Shown one piece after another: positions 19,508-31,477 of a stretch of DNA of 64,000 nucleotides. Position 1 is the stretch's first letter. Every line of letters begins with the position of its first letter. The stretch comes from Schizochytrium sp. TIO01. Taxonomy: Eukaryota > Protista > Bigyra: Labyrinthulomycetes. The notes under the pieces were generated by a model that was given only the letters and a program-made list of their open reading frames with translations, did not search any database and was not told where the DNA came from. The position numbers and the translations under genes are program-made. The DNA is taken from NCBI GenBank assembly GCA_004764695.1, contig SMSO01000033.1, forward strand, positions 620,001 through 684,000. The letters run 5' to 3'.

Positions 19508-21877
19508 TCACCAAAGTAGAAATGCAAATCTCTCGTTGATGTCCTCGCGGATGACTCGTGCAGAAGGGGGCAGCCATGCATTACTTGTCTCCAGAGCTTT
19601 GGCCAAGGCGTCGAACATGTCCTTAGTGACCTGAATTACACCAAAATGTGCGTCGACGCCGTCCTGAGTTTGTTGATCCCGGTAGGTTACCTTGAGAACA
19701 GGTACCATCTCTGGTCCTGTTGCAGGTGTTCGTATCCATGAATCAGTTGTCCAAAGTTGTACGCGAAGAGAGCGACCATCAGATACACATTCAATAAGTA
19801 CTGTGCGCACTTCGTGAGTCTCGCTGAGGCGAGCCAAACGCGCTCCCAGAATGCTTCCAGCTGCATCATCATAGGTATTAAACACGGGTGTTGCAGAAGT
19901 TTGCACACGGTACTTAAAGAGACGAATTTCTTGAAGTTCATCTAGGCCTCCATCAGCAGTGCCAGCCGCGCTTATGTTTTTATTTTGACGATCAGGGACG
20001 ACTGCTTCACCAATCCAAGAGCCACATGACTTACACTCAATAGCTCGCCGTATAAGATGTTCCTGGGAGCGAGTGGCATCATCAACGGCTTGTTTTACGT
20101 TTGCAAGCTCTATGCAAAGTTGGATAGCTTCAAGATTTGCATCCTCGCGGCAAACGTCTACGTGCGCATCGTCTAAGACAAGCACTCCAGGACGTGCAAC
20201 GATAGCCTCTGATCGAAACGCCCTTGTCGCAGCATCGCTCGTACCTTTTGATTTCTCATAAACTTCTGGTGGAACACAAGTGAGATGCTCAAGCATCTCA
20301 GTCCAGGGCATCAAAGGAGCTTGATTGACGCTATGGGATGGTTTAGTTAAACTAGCTGCACACTTACGGCATTGAATACCGTTTCTGTAAGGGCCTTCTT
20401 CTTGTTCTACAGGCGCAGGGTGCAGTAACTGGCGCTGCAAACGAGCATTTGCTGCAGAGAACATGTTACTGAAGGCCAGGCGAGCGGCTAAAAAGTCTCC
20501 ATTATGGAAACTCAGAGTACTCCGGTCAAGATCAACTTGCTCATCTACAGCAAGTTCAATGTAAGGAACGAGATGCAAAGCCTCACGACCCGTTTTGTCG
20601 ATACAAGCCCCCCTTCGGGGCGCAAGAATTCGAACCTTGATCTTCTCGTCGATGGTCATTGTTGGAATGCGTGGATCAGGACTGGAGGTCATTAGTTTTG
20701 CAGGCAGATGAGTGCCAGAAAGATCCACCTTGCGGCCTTCTACTAGCTGGTGAAGGGGCATGTAAAGCCAGTAGCACAGGAGGTTAGGCTCCTTAAGAAG
20801 CATAAAAGGCGGGGTTGGTTCCTTGTTGATAATATGAATCCCTAATTCCGTACCTGAAATTTCGATTATCTGGGACCGCCCGGCACATCGTCTTCCTTGA
20901 TCTGCAATATACCTAAATTCATAGCGGCCCGTCTGAGCTGGGCGTCGCATGTGAATCAACCCTTCCCTTTCCCAAGGGATTGTTGGGACTTCTATATTGT
21001 AGGACTCCTCAATGTCACATTCATTCTGCAAATATAGGCCGATGAAATCCATCTGACGATCTGGTGCTGGATTTGGGCCTTCCGCTTCTAGACTTCCAGC
21101 AACCTCAAATCGAACAATAAGTACTTTTTCGTCTTCAGAAGATTTACATACATCAAGCATTACCTGAAATGTGGAGAGCGGCGGGAGCGCTGTACTAGAT
21201 CGCGATGGAGCCGGGGCACTAGGAGCTGTAGTGTTCATTTCGTGCGGCTTCGTATGAAAGCTATCGTTTGGTTCTGGATGCTGGGAGGACACTTGTGCCA
21301 TTAGAGATGCGGTGGCCTTTTCAAACTCTTCTTTCTTTCCCTTCAGGGAAGAGATTTCGTGCTGCGAGATAGAACTCTTCGCGTCCCGCAACTGCTCCTC
21401 TGCTACGTTCTTGGCTCCTGATGCTCTCTTAAATTGTTCAAGTGCCTCTTGTGTTTCCTGTTGAGAGGCAGAAAGTGATTCGAATGGGTCCACATGTCCA
21501 AGGCTCTTGGCGATACTTTTGAGTTGTTTGCGATCGTCTTTAGTCAGGCATCGAGCTGCCGCTTCATGCAATGCTGTTGAGGTAAGATCTTCATCCCCAA
21601 ATTTATGTGATGCGCGAGCAAGGCGAACCCATCCTTTTACAAAGTCATGAGGTGCATGTTTAATACAGTTGAATGCACATTTTGTAGCTTCCTCAGCATT
21701 GCCTATCTTCAGGTGAGCCATGGACAGGTTCGACCACGAAAGATGACACGAGTCATTGATATGCACTGCTTCTAAATAGTGCGTAATAGCTTTCTCTGCA
21801 TCCCCACTAGCAAGTGCTTTGTTTCCTGCTTCGCGAGCTTTACTGGCATCACCCAAGACTTGCGCTGTAGATGCCAT
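19508..21877 (-). CDS. TPR + SKICH-like + HECT_2 (UBE3D/Ipa1-like) domain protein
   Basis: N-terminal TPRs (REAGNKAL...AITHYLEA, WSNLSMAHLKIG, KGWVRLARA). DFIGLY...GRYEFRY is SKICH-like. CRKC, CKSCGSWIG, IRLFKYRV and LETSNAWLPPSAR are typical of HECT_2. First ATG at 21877; the upstream ORF extension is a microsatellite. Confidence 0.75.
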   Translation of the reverse strand: MASTAQVLGDASKAREAGNKALASGDAEKAITHYLEAVHINDSCHLSWSNLSMAHLKIGNAEEATKCAFNCIKHAPHDFVKGWVRLARASHKFGDEDLTSTALHEAAARCLTKDDRKQLKSIAKSLGHVDPFESLSASQQETQEALEQFKRASGAKNVAEEQLRDAKSSISQHEISSLKGKKEEFEKATASLMAQVSSQHPEPNDSFHTKPHEMNTTAPSAPAPSRSSTALPPLSTFQVMLDVCKSSEDEKVLIVRFEVAGSLEAEGPNPAPDRQMDFIGLYLQNECDIEESYNIEVPTIPWEREGLIHMRRPAQTGRYEFRYIADQGRRCAGRSQIIEISGTELGIHIINKEPTPPFMLLKEPNLLCYWLYMPLHQLVEGRKVDLSGTHLPAKLMTSSPDPRIPTMTIDEKIKVRILAPRRGACIDKTGREALHLVPYIELAVDEQVDLDRSTLSFHNGDFLAARLAFSNMFSAANARLQRQLLHPAPVEQEEGPYRNGIQCRKCAASLTKPSHSVNQAPLMPWTEMLEHLTCVPPEVYEKSKGTSDAATRAFRSEAIVARPGVLVLDDAHVDVCREDANLEAIQLCIELANVKQAVDDATRSQEHLIRRAIECKSCGSWIGEAVVPDRQNKNISAAGTADGGLDELQEIRLFKYRVQTSATPVFNTYDDAAGSILGARLARLSETHEVRTVLIECVSDGRSLRVQLWTTDSWIRTPATGPEMVPVLKVTYRDQQTQDGVDAHFGVIQVTKDMFDALAKALETSNAWLPPSARVIREDINERFAFLLW

Positions 21878-22013
21878 TATGCAGCTGATTTTAGTCGCCT
21901 TTGTTGTGCCCTGTATGAAATTGAAGTTTCTCTTTGGTAGGGGGAGAGCTTTTGATTTTTCTCCAGAATAAAATATAAACGTCTCGCCAATATTGATGTG
22001 AAGCTTACTATCC

Positions 22014-22093
22014 GTCTGTCGTTGTCGTTGTCGTTGTCGTCGTTGTTGCCGTCGTCGTTGTTGCCGTCGTCGTCGTCGTCGTCGTTGTTGCTG
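22014..22093. repeat. (GTC/GTT)n trinucleotide microsatellite upstream of the HECT_2 gene
   Basis: gtcgttgtcgttgtcgttgtcgtcgttgttgccgtcgtcg... read directly. Confidence 0.9.
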
Positions 22094-23500
22094 CTTGTCC
22101 AAACCTCTCCACAACTCAACGTTTGGTTGCGAAAGATCTAATTCTCGATCGATCGATCACTCACGGCGTCGCCTGTCGAAATCTGCTCTCACTTGCAGCA
22201 GCAGTTACAGCCACCGAACTATGAAAACAAAGGCAGTAATCTTGCACTGTCTTTGCAAAAGCCACGGCGCGCAACCTCGGTAGCACAAGTTAAATTTTGT
22301 TGCTGCGTCGCAAGAGTAGCTCTAACATTATGAAGACTTTGGCAAAAAAGAAAAGAAAAGAGAACAGAATAATAACGATTAAAGTAAGACTATCATTATT
22401 TTGTTGATATCATAAAAAGAGAATCAAAACGAGCAAAACGAGAGGCTCGCCTTACTTTTATTCTTTAATTTTAATTTTTAATCTTTAAAAACTGTAGACT
22501 TGAAAAGGAAAAAGAAAAAGTGCCTAGGCTTCAATAGTAAAAGCACTACCCGTAGTATTTTAAAACGGGAACAAAGGAAAGAAGAGGAAAAAGTTAACCA
22601 CTGCGAAGATCCCAGAGATTCCCTACCACGAACAACTAATTGGAGGAAACACAACACGTAGCAATAACAACGATAAACAGATTTAAGCATCTTCCTTGCA
22701 ATGTATATCCAACTGAAGAAGTCGAAATTCCCTCCTCGAAGAGTTTGTGAGGTTTGGGACTATCGACGATGAAGTAAAGTTGAGGATGAAGTGTACCTGG
22801 CAACGATGAGAAGAATAACGAGAGATTCGGAGAAAGACTTCAAAGGGCAATAGGAGGTTGGCGATTCGCAGGCAACTTTAAACCAACTAAATTCAGTTTT
22901 GCTGCTTGAGTGAAAACAGATCAAACATTGAAATTCTCTCATTTCAAACTGCAAAAAGTACATAGGTAGTCAGTCCTATTAAGACAATTTTTCAAATCGG
23001 TCTAGTAAGCTTTGGATCTAGCTCACAACTGTGCCCGAGTGTCTCAAATCCAAGCAACACAATAATGAAGCATTGTCCTGTACACTTCTTACCAAGAAGG
23101 AGCTCTATATAGTACCTACATAATTTATTCAGTTAATATTGATAACAGTTTGCAAGAAACAATATTCTTTGTCTCCTTTCTCCAATACAAATGTTAGAAG
23201 GTTTCACCCAATTCACAAAAGAGATTGATTTTATTGTACATGAACATGGTGTTGACATTGTCTGCTGTTCTCAGCTGCGAGCGTGCGAAGTACATCAAAT
23301 AGCGAAATCTACTTGGTAGACGACGGGTCGCGGATTAGTCTGTATTTTCATCAAGGAGTACTATGAAAGCACTCTAGGGACTCGCAAGGGGAGTCAAAGC
23401 TCTTCTTCTATGTTGGTTCGAGATGTTTCACATGAGCAATTGCTTTCTTTGGCTTGAGCGTTGACAAGAGCTCAACCAATTGCCACGGCTGGTGATGCCT

Positions 23501-24373
23501 TTAATGGCAGTCAAGAAAGACGATCCTGCCCGTGTTTCTTTCCTCTACCACAAGTCTCTCGTCTACGGGGCACCAGCAAATGCAAGGAAGGATGAGCCAA
23601 CCAATGAGCGTGGAGCGACGCCCGCAATACTTTTCCTTGCGATAGACCACTGGCCCTTCGATGCCTTTCTCGAGGAGCCTCCGGTCGTGGCTCGCCTCAA
23701 CAGGCACTCCGAGAGGCATTCTCGGCAAGGGTTGCGCCTGTATTGGCTGATCTCCGTTATTAATTTCTTGCTGCGGAAGTTGCGCCGATGGTTTTGATGA
23801 AGACGAAGACGACGAGGACGACTTCGACAGAGGCACTTGCTCCTTCGGCGGCGCTGTAAGGCTCATTGTGACGTTGCAAAGCTTTATTCCGTTGCCTGCC
23901 TCAGGGTGCTTCCCGAAGTTCTCTCGGCAACTCCCAATTTTGGTTTTGGATGCTGGTCCTTCAAGTCGTTCTTCCACTGCGCTTACAAACAGGGTATCTA
24001 TCTATCTATCTATCTATCTATCAATGTATGTATGTATGTATCTATCTATCTATACATGCATTTATGTAATGCATGTCTCCGTGCAAATCTACTTACCTCG
24101 GGGGGCGCCTTTCCTAGTGCCGTCAGGCGTCAAGTGAACAAAGGAGGTCCCGTCGTCCGTGCCGCCACCCTGCTCGCTACGCGTGTTCTCAAAGCGCAGT
24201 TCTTTAGACCCTCGCGCTCCACGCCCAAGATCGAGAGCTTCATCAAGCGGCTTCCGCTGCGTTTCTCCACTCCACCGCCGCGTGACTGGCGGCGACTGCC
24301 CGAGCCTTGGCACCCGCATCACGAGCAGAGCCAATCGCTCGCCGCTCAAACAAGCATCCGCCTCCAAGGTCAT
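23501..24373 (-). CDS. Small Cys-rich membrane-associated protein, paralog A; two exons (24373-24097, 23976-23501)
   Basis: C-terminal EKYCGRRSTLIGWLILPCICWCPVDER. GAG|GTAAGT donor at 24096 and CAG acceptor at 23977 join ORFs 24089-24400 and 23501-23977 in frame. Start codon uncertain. Confidence 0.65.
23995..24053. repeat. (TATC)n/(TATG)n microsatellite inside the predicted intron 23977-24096
   Basis: tatctatctatctatc...tatgtatgtatg read directly. Confidence 0.9.
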
Positions 24374-25083
24374 TTCTCGAGCCGCTCTCGTCCAATCCAA
24401 ACCCGAGCGTGTCTTGAGCTCGAAGTTTGCGCTGCTGCTTCAAATCCAAGCTCGTCCATGGTCCCACAAAAGAGGAATGAGAACAATCTCGGCACTGCCG
24501 TCACACGCGACCCTCGAATCCCCACAGCCCGCATTTATTTGTGGGTATCAGTAAGCTAGTTTTCGCGCACTGTGGAAAGCTGAGGGGACCCGCAGCGCCG
24601 CGAAGCACATCGCGAACGCCAGTGTGGTGAGCGAACTTTGGGGGTCGTGCATGACATGTGAGGTCGCGCGAAGTAGAACTGCGCCAGAGACTTCAGCGCC
24701 TGAAAGCTGCAAAGCAGGAAGAGCAAGCAAGATCTCGCGTTCGATCGGGTGGCCGGACCGTGGTCGGGCTCAGAGGTCGCTCGCTGGCTGGCTGCCAGTC
24801 GCGCCTCAGCCTGAGCTGGGTTCCCTCCGCAGAGGGAGTCCGGCTGCGGCACATGGAGTAACCCGTGCGACGGAAGAACTTGAACTTGAACTTGATCCTC
24901 CACTCCAGCTCGCAAGATCGGTGCGCCTGGAGCAGAAACTGCTGCTTGATTTGGCTTGGTTTGGCTTGGCTTGGCGGCGTCTTGCTGGCGTCAGGGCGCT
25001 CCAGAAAAGGACAAGGGCGAGGACCAGTCCGTGATTGGGGCTCCGGACTGCTGCTGCTGCTGTCTTGGAGGGTACGGAGAAAG

Positions 25084-25605
25084 ATGATTGACGAGACCGA
25101 TGGCCTTGAAGGGGGAGGTGAAGAGAAAGGGTCTGCGCTTCCGACGACTTCAGAAGAGCCGTCGCAACAGCTGCTGAGCCGAAGCGGAGGCGCTGAGACC
25201 GATTTGGAGAATAGGAGCTTTGCAAGGCTGCTCTGCAACTCAGGCCAGGAGCGAAGCGAGTTTGGTCTCCTGCAGCAGCCCCAAGAGAATCTCCAGACGG
25301 CAGACCTGCAAGACGCAACACAGCGTCGAGGCGTCTTTCGCATGAGTACCCGCGCGACCTCGTCGCCCAAGATTATGAACTATTACCAAGCTAAGCCTGC
25401 GATCATCGTGGGTAATAATGACCCAAGGCTACATGAAAGGGGTGTCACCGGCAAGGTGGAGTACGAGGAAGAGAGGTACTGCGGTCGTAAGTCATGGATC
25501 CTGGCGCTCTTTGGGCTCCCGTGTGTCGTTTGCTGCCCATGTGACCGCAGAACTATAGTCACCGAGCTCACCTCTGGCCGGCGTGTTGTCCTCGGAGATA
25601 CCTGA
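25084..25605 (+). CDS. Small Cys-rich membrane-associated protein, paralog B
   Basis: C-terminal RLHERGVTGKVEYEEERYCGRKSWILALFGLPCVVCCPCDRR...TSGRRVVL aligns with paralog A. ATG at 25084 is in AAG-ATG context. Confidence 0.7.
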   Translation: MIDETDGLEGGGEEKGSALPTTSEEPSQQLLSRSGGAETDLENRSFARLLCNSGQERSEFGLLQQPQENLQTADLQDATQRRGVFRMSTRATSSPKIMNYYQAKPAIIVGNNDPRLHERGVTGKVEYEEERYCGRKSWILALFGLPCVVCCPCDRRTIVTELTSGRRVVLGDT

Positions 25606-27460
25606 ATATAGCGAAGATGTCTCTCTGAGTTAGGCTTTTTACTGGGCCAGGAGGGCCTGTAGCCCATCACAAGTGTATTTTTTATTTAGTATACTGAAAA
25701 AAAAAATGTAAGCGTCCCAGCAGCTGCAAAACAGTGCGGATCCCCGTCAATGATGACAATTAAACGTCAAGGTCTCTAACCACAGACAGGCTCGTGCTCC
25801 TTATTTAAAGGGCGTGCGTTGCTGTTGTGCCCGTTAATTTTACCTATGAAGGACAAGCTCTACTCAAAATTTTAAAAGGAAGAAAAAAGATCGCGGGCGA
25901 CGGAATTTGGCCCTGGCAAGGATCGCGTGGAAGTGGAAGTGGAATAATCTGAAGATGAGCTAGGTTTCTTGTTGCGATACCTCCTGTAATCAAGAAGGAC
26001 GAGGGTGAGTACTACCTACTACCTACAACAAACAAAACCTCCCAGGCTATTAATGCATAATGAAAGAGGCCCTGGCTTCGTGAGTTTTCCCTTGCAAATA
26101 GACCAGCAAGATGCAATTCAAAGAGATCAAAGCAAGATATCACGCGATGACCATACGACCTTAGGTAGTGTTCGTAACTCTGGATAAGATGAGTCTTAGC
26201 AGAGATCAACAACGCCAGGGACAAGATCATAAACAGGTTAATTTTTATGGGCTTGGCAACACATGATCGCTTCTGCCTAGTTCTCCTAGAGAACTTCAGG
26301 AAAAAATAAGTCCATTCTACTACAGCTCAGGCAAGGATAGAGAGCACCCAAATAGATTCATAATTCTAATTTAAATATTCAAGTAAAGCAGAAGTAACTC
26401 CGTTTGCTCTTTATTTCATTTGAGGCTTTGTGCACGAAAAGTTCCAATGCAACTTTTCAATTCTGATTTCCCAAGATCATCGTTAGCATACTTTTGAGCT
26501 AATCTGACGCAATAGAGTTAGAAGCGGCCGCTGATGCGGACTTGCACACGCGTTTCGACTTGATGTATTTGCGAACGCTTCTTCAGCCGTTAACATCGTT
26601 TGGGATACGTGCATGATTCGTTCCTGCCATGTTCCAACGGAAATGCACAGATTGAGCGAATCATTCATGACAGTTGTGGGGGGCTAAGCAGAACAATTAT
26701 CATTGTCATCGCCTTAGTAACTAAATGAGAAAAAGCAAGCTCCTCTATTTTCACTTCAATCTGAACTTTCAAGAACTTATAGGGCGTATTTTACTCACAG
26801 TATAACAATCTTCGATTTTTTTAATTTTTTAATTTTCTAAATATTAACCATTCTCTTGAAAACCATAATTCTTCTTATAGTTTTTTTATTAACATAATTC
26901 TTACGGCTGTTAGAGAGTTGCCTACAAATCCTGAGGCGCTCATAAGTACATAGCGCCTTGCAATACCGGCAGATTGAGGCAGAACACCCCAATAACTACC
27001 TTGTTCAAAGAAGACATTGAATAAGAAGAACACCAGAACATGTTTTGTGTAAGGAGTGTAGTTAATTAGATTGAATGAACGAAATCAAGAGATCAAGTCA
27101 CTGGAGAACATCAGGAAAAAGGCGCCAAGGGAGTACAGTGCAAGAGATTCACCTACCATATACAATTTAGTTTGTAGAATTTCGAAAGAAATTGAACATG
27201 ATGACAATATTCATTGATAGGTTTGAAGACAATTTAATTTGTGTAGAAGATCCGCCATGCAAAGAAGTAGCTCAACTCAGGAACAAGTGGAGAACACGCC
27301 ACATTTTTTTTTTGGCCATGAGACAGTTCAAGCCAGCCATGAGCAAGAGGTGGAAATAAGACGTGGCCGTATAGATCTGCGAAAATCGCTCTGCAGTTTC
27401 GCAACAAATGCTTGGGGAATCAAGATTTAATACTTGGGATATCAGGAGCGCAAATCTCAC

Positions 27461-28885
27461 TTAGAGATCTGAGCGTGAGAGGCTCTCAAGGACGCTGTTG
27501 CCCTGCTCAAAGAAGGCATGGAGAAGTTGATAGTTGGTGTACAAGTCCTGGACGGCGCATTGCTCGCGGATCGAGTGCATAGAGAGCTGGGGAACGCCAA
27601 CGTCGACAGTGCGAATGCCTGTATTGGCCGCAATGATGGGCCCAATGGTTGTACCACAGGGGCAGTCGTTACGCACCACAAACTCCTGGACGGGGAGGTT
27701 GTTACGGCGCGCAAGCTCGCGAACAAAGAACCCAGTGACAGCGTTAGTAGCGTAGCGCTGATTGTCGTTCGTCTTAATGACAGTACCTGCGTTCATCTTA
27801 GGGGCGTGGTTTTGCTCGTGCTTAGATGCGTAGTTCGGGTGCACAGCGTGGGCGCCGTCTGCGCTGAGCAAGAAGCTCTTGGCGAGTCCGATGCGAAATG
27901 ACTCTAAATCGCCCTCCTTGATAAAGCAGTTGGAGATACGCTCTACAGCATCGCGCATGATGGGCGATCCTGCGCCAACATTACTCTCAGAACCGCACTC
28001 CTCGTGATCAAAGAGCACCACCACGGACACAGAGTTCTCCTTAGCAATGTTGCTATCCGTAGCAAAGTCCGAGAGCGCCTCGATACTTGTAAAACAGTGC
28101 ATCTGATTATCAAGGCGTGGGCTGAAGATGAATGCATCGTCAAGGCCTCCAATCGTAGCTCCCTGAGTGTCTGCCAGCGTGAGTTCCATATCTACGATCT
28201 CCTCTGCCTTGCATCCGATCTCCTTTGCAAGAAGCTCCAAGAACTCCGGCCCATGGCGTTTATCCAGTCCACCTGAAACCTCGGGTTCTTTGTTGAGCGT
28301 CTCATTCACAACGCCCAAAATCGGGGTGAGGTTATCCTCCTTGTTGAACTTGAAAGCGTTGCGCTCATCTGCAGATTGCAAATGAATCGCAAGATTTGGC
28401 ACTCGTAGAACAGGCTTGCGCACGTGTACGAGGGTCTCCTTGTAGGATCCCTCGCCGGTGCGCAAGATCACACGGCCTGCCACGCCGAGGTCGCGGTCAA
28501 ACCAGGTGTGCCATAGTCCACCTCCATAGCACTCAACGCCGACCTGGAGATAGCCGCTCTTGGACCTCTTAGAGACAGGCTTGACCTTGAGAGCAGGGCT
28601 ATCGGTGTGGGCGCCGACAACCTTGAAAGGGTTTCCTGCTTCAAAGTTACCTCCGACGGCGAAGGCGACGATGGTGCTTGCGTTTCTGGTGTAGTAGTAC
28701 TTTCCGTTCTGCTTCACGTTGCCTTTCCAGTGAACATCCTCACGGATACGCTGGAAATCACAAGCCTCAAGACGCTTGACGGTTTGAGAAACGCAGTGGA
28801 AGGGCGTCGGGCTTCCGTCCACGAACTGCGTGAACTTGCTAGCAAAGTCGCGAGCTCCCGCGCCTGAGGACGCTGCGGAGCTCAT
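27461..28885 (-). CDS. DNPEP: Aspartyl aminopeptidase (peptidase M18)
   Basis: SPTPFH, GAHTDSP, YGGGLWHTWFDRDL, LAIHL, RLDNQ, FDHEECGS, SADGAHAVHPNY, NQRYAT, CGTTIGP, LSMHSIRE. Confidence 0.97.
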   Translation of the reverse strand: MSSAASSGAGARDFASKFTQFVDGSPTPFHCVSQTVKRLEACDFQRIREDVHWKGNVKQNGKYYYTRNASTIVAFAVGGNFEAGNPFKVVGAHTDSPALKVKPVSKRSKSGYLQVGVECYGGGLWHTWFDRDLGVAGRVILRTGEGSYKETLVHVRKPVLRVPNLAIHLQSADERNAFKFNKEDNLTPILGVVNETLNKEPEVSGGLDKRHGPEFLELLAKEIGCKAEEIVDMELTLADTQGATIGGLDDAFIFSPRLDNQMHCFTSIEALSDFATDSNIAKENSVSVVVLFDHEECGSESNVGAGSPIMRDAVERISNCFIKEGDLESFRIGLAKSFLLSADGAHAVHPNYASKHEQNHAPKMNAGTVIKTNDNQRYATNAVTGFFVRELARRNNLPVQEFVVRNDCPCGTTIGPIIAANTGIRTVDVGVPQLSMHSIREQCAVQDLYTNYQLLHAFFEQGNSVLESLSRSDL

Positions 28886-31477
28886 CTTGCGAAGCGAGGT
28901 CGCGAGCAGCTTGCTAATTCAAACGAGCGGTTTTTTTGGAGTTGTTACGCTGCGAGACAGCGATCACAAGGCACGGAGACGCAATAAGAAGAATCAGTGC
29001 ACACGACCTGCGCGCGATGGAGTTAGCGGTCTGCTGCTGCTCAAGAACAAGTTTCTTCCTTCGAGACGTTGTTTGATACTAAGTCTAGTTCATCATATGA
29101 ATGTCTAAGTAATTAAGTAGAAGTAGAAGATAGGATCTTTTCTCACGAATTAAGAGAAAGAAAGAGATGAGTTATAGTAATAAAAGAAAGGGAAAGAAAG
29201 ACGTTGTTGCTGTTATTTTGTCATCATATTATCCCAGTTCTTGCGATCTGCGTCGAATGGACCAACCTGTGCTAACTTCAGGCTGCAGGCTGCTCAAGAA
29301 AGCGCAGGCAAAGAACACCATCTTGTTATTTAACGCAACGCCATACGCTGACAGACCGAATAAATGAGTTGCTTGGCGAAGGACAAATTCTTTTTGTCCA
29401 TCGTTTTTGGCAAAGTCGCGGTGTCAATTTAATCCGCCGCTTTGTTGCCGGGCGACGAGCCTCTTGCACCTGGAAAGCTCATTTATGGACACAGGATTAG
29501 GCTGCACCCTGCGTAATTGTTCTTTGGGAATGCATGCCTTGCTCAGGGTTGGTTCAATCTCGAGCTTAAGTCACCAAATGTAAGATTTGTGTTTGGGTTC
29601 TGAGTAAAAAATAAAATGAAATAAAACCACCAAAACATAAAGTCGCATCTCATTATCTTTTGGTGCAAACAAGCGGATCAGGGAAACCTTGTAAAAAATA
29701 TCTCACCGAGCCTACTATCATGTTTTGCGCAACCAAAACTACCAGGCTGTCCTTGATATCGCTTAGGTGACAATTGAGACAGGTTTGGATGACTAGTGTT
29801 AAATGTTAAATAAAACATGGCTCGTCCGAATCTTAATTTTAGGAAATAATATTTACATAGCACGATCAATCCATCACGATCTGCAAAAGCACGGGCAATG
29901 TCTCATTTTTACAGCAAAAGAGGGTGTAGAAGCCTGCTTGCTCGAATAGAAATAGCATGGAAAACCGATCATAGGCATTTAAAAAAAAAAGAACAACAAA
30001 TAGAAGAGACAACGCAACCAATGGTAGATTTGTGCTTCGCTTCATTTTTGTGGGCTGCAGGCCACGTGCTTTCTCAAGACTGAAAATTGTGAAAGTGGAA
30101 TTGCTGAATTCAATGCGTGCGAAGGTGAAGAAAAAGACCTTGCGTGTGAGGCACAGTGTAACGGTGACTTGAGAACTTGCAAGATGAGACGGCAATGAAA
30201 TAGAGAAATAGATAAAAGAAAAGCAGAGCCATCACGGTGTAAATTTTTGTAAAATGAATGAATGTATATCATAAACCTACTATTTTTATCATGGCATATA
30301 GATGGCATCGAGTCTGCAGACAGCCAAGCAGACATTGTTATCACGTGTAGTATTGGCAGCCTCAGCCGCAGGAAGAAAAATAGCAGCGACGGCGGAGGCG
30401 ACCTTCTCAGAGTAGGCCTAGAGTCAATAGTCAACGAAAGTACCAAACAAAAGATAACAAACAGCACTATCACTTTTCGAAGCTTGCAAAGCTTTTGTTT
30501 GCTGTCTGTGTTTTGTCGGCATGTTGGTGGGATTTAATTTCCGTGTGTTCTCGCGTGTATGATGTTTTATTATATAGTGAGTTCACTGTAGGACCGAAGG
30601 TAGGTGGTACAGGGGTACCAAATATGGAGGGAACATTATTCTTGATTCGACTTCCAACGTGAATCAAAATCAAAATGCATCTTCGCATCTTTTATACTGT
30701 CTTATTCGTCCAAGAGAATATTTTGTACTTGGGGAGGAAACTGTCTGTGAAAAGCAATGGCAAGTATATGCCTGCATGAAGCACTAGCAAGCGACAGGAC
30801 ATTAAAAAGCGCACATCAAAACACCCTTTCTTTTCCATAGAACTAGGTGAGGGGGATTGGGGGTGGGGGTTGTGTATTTTTAGATAAAGTAGTTTCACTG
30901 TGAGCCTCCAATTTAACTCTCGCCTTGACCTGTTGTTCCATAAGTTTAAACAAATTTGCCGAGTCCGCATAATAGTGCGCTAATTTGCCGTCCTCTAACT
31001 CAACCGAGACAGTCTCAATAAGATGATAATCTGTAACTACGAGCAACACCCGTAAGGGGTCCGAATATAACTTCTATGCTGTGGTTCTGCAGGGGGAAAA
31101 AGGGATGGGAAGCTTAAAGAAGGTGCAGGGATGGCGCGTAAGACCAAAAGGAAACTAGACAACATGGAAAGCGGAGCACCTTTTAAACGAGAGAGCCGGG
31201 TTAGACACTAGTTGCACACGCTGCTTAGTTTCTTTTCCTGTTAGGGAAGTTTATATGATCATGAATAGAATGCACAAAAAGAGGATGCTTCATGAATGCA
31301 TAAATACACAGATGGACGCACGAATTCACATAGAGATAGATGAGAGGGGGAGATAGAAAGGAGTCCTATCATCAATCAAAAGAAGCGAATCACTTGGCTA
31401 GTTGGTAGGTAAGTCAGTCAGGCTTTACTAAATGCTGAGAAAGGAACAGCAATAAGAACATAAAGGCATGGATAAGA

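Noticed and set aside
21878-22114. Arg/Gln-rich N-terminal extension of the HECT_2 ORF
   Set aside because: Non-ATG start, translated microsatellite, and a GTAAGC...CAG intron-like segment; most likely 5'-UTR.
24159-25370. Multiple overlapping 100-240 aa ORFs between the Cys-rich paralogs
   Set aside because: GC-rich promoter/UTR and antisense sequence with few stops; no recognisable domains.
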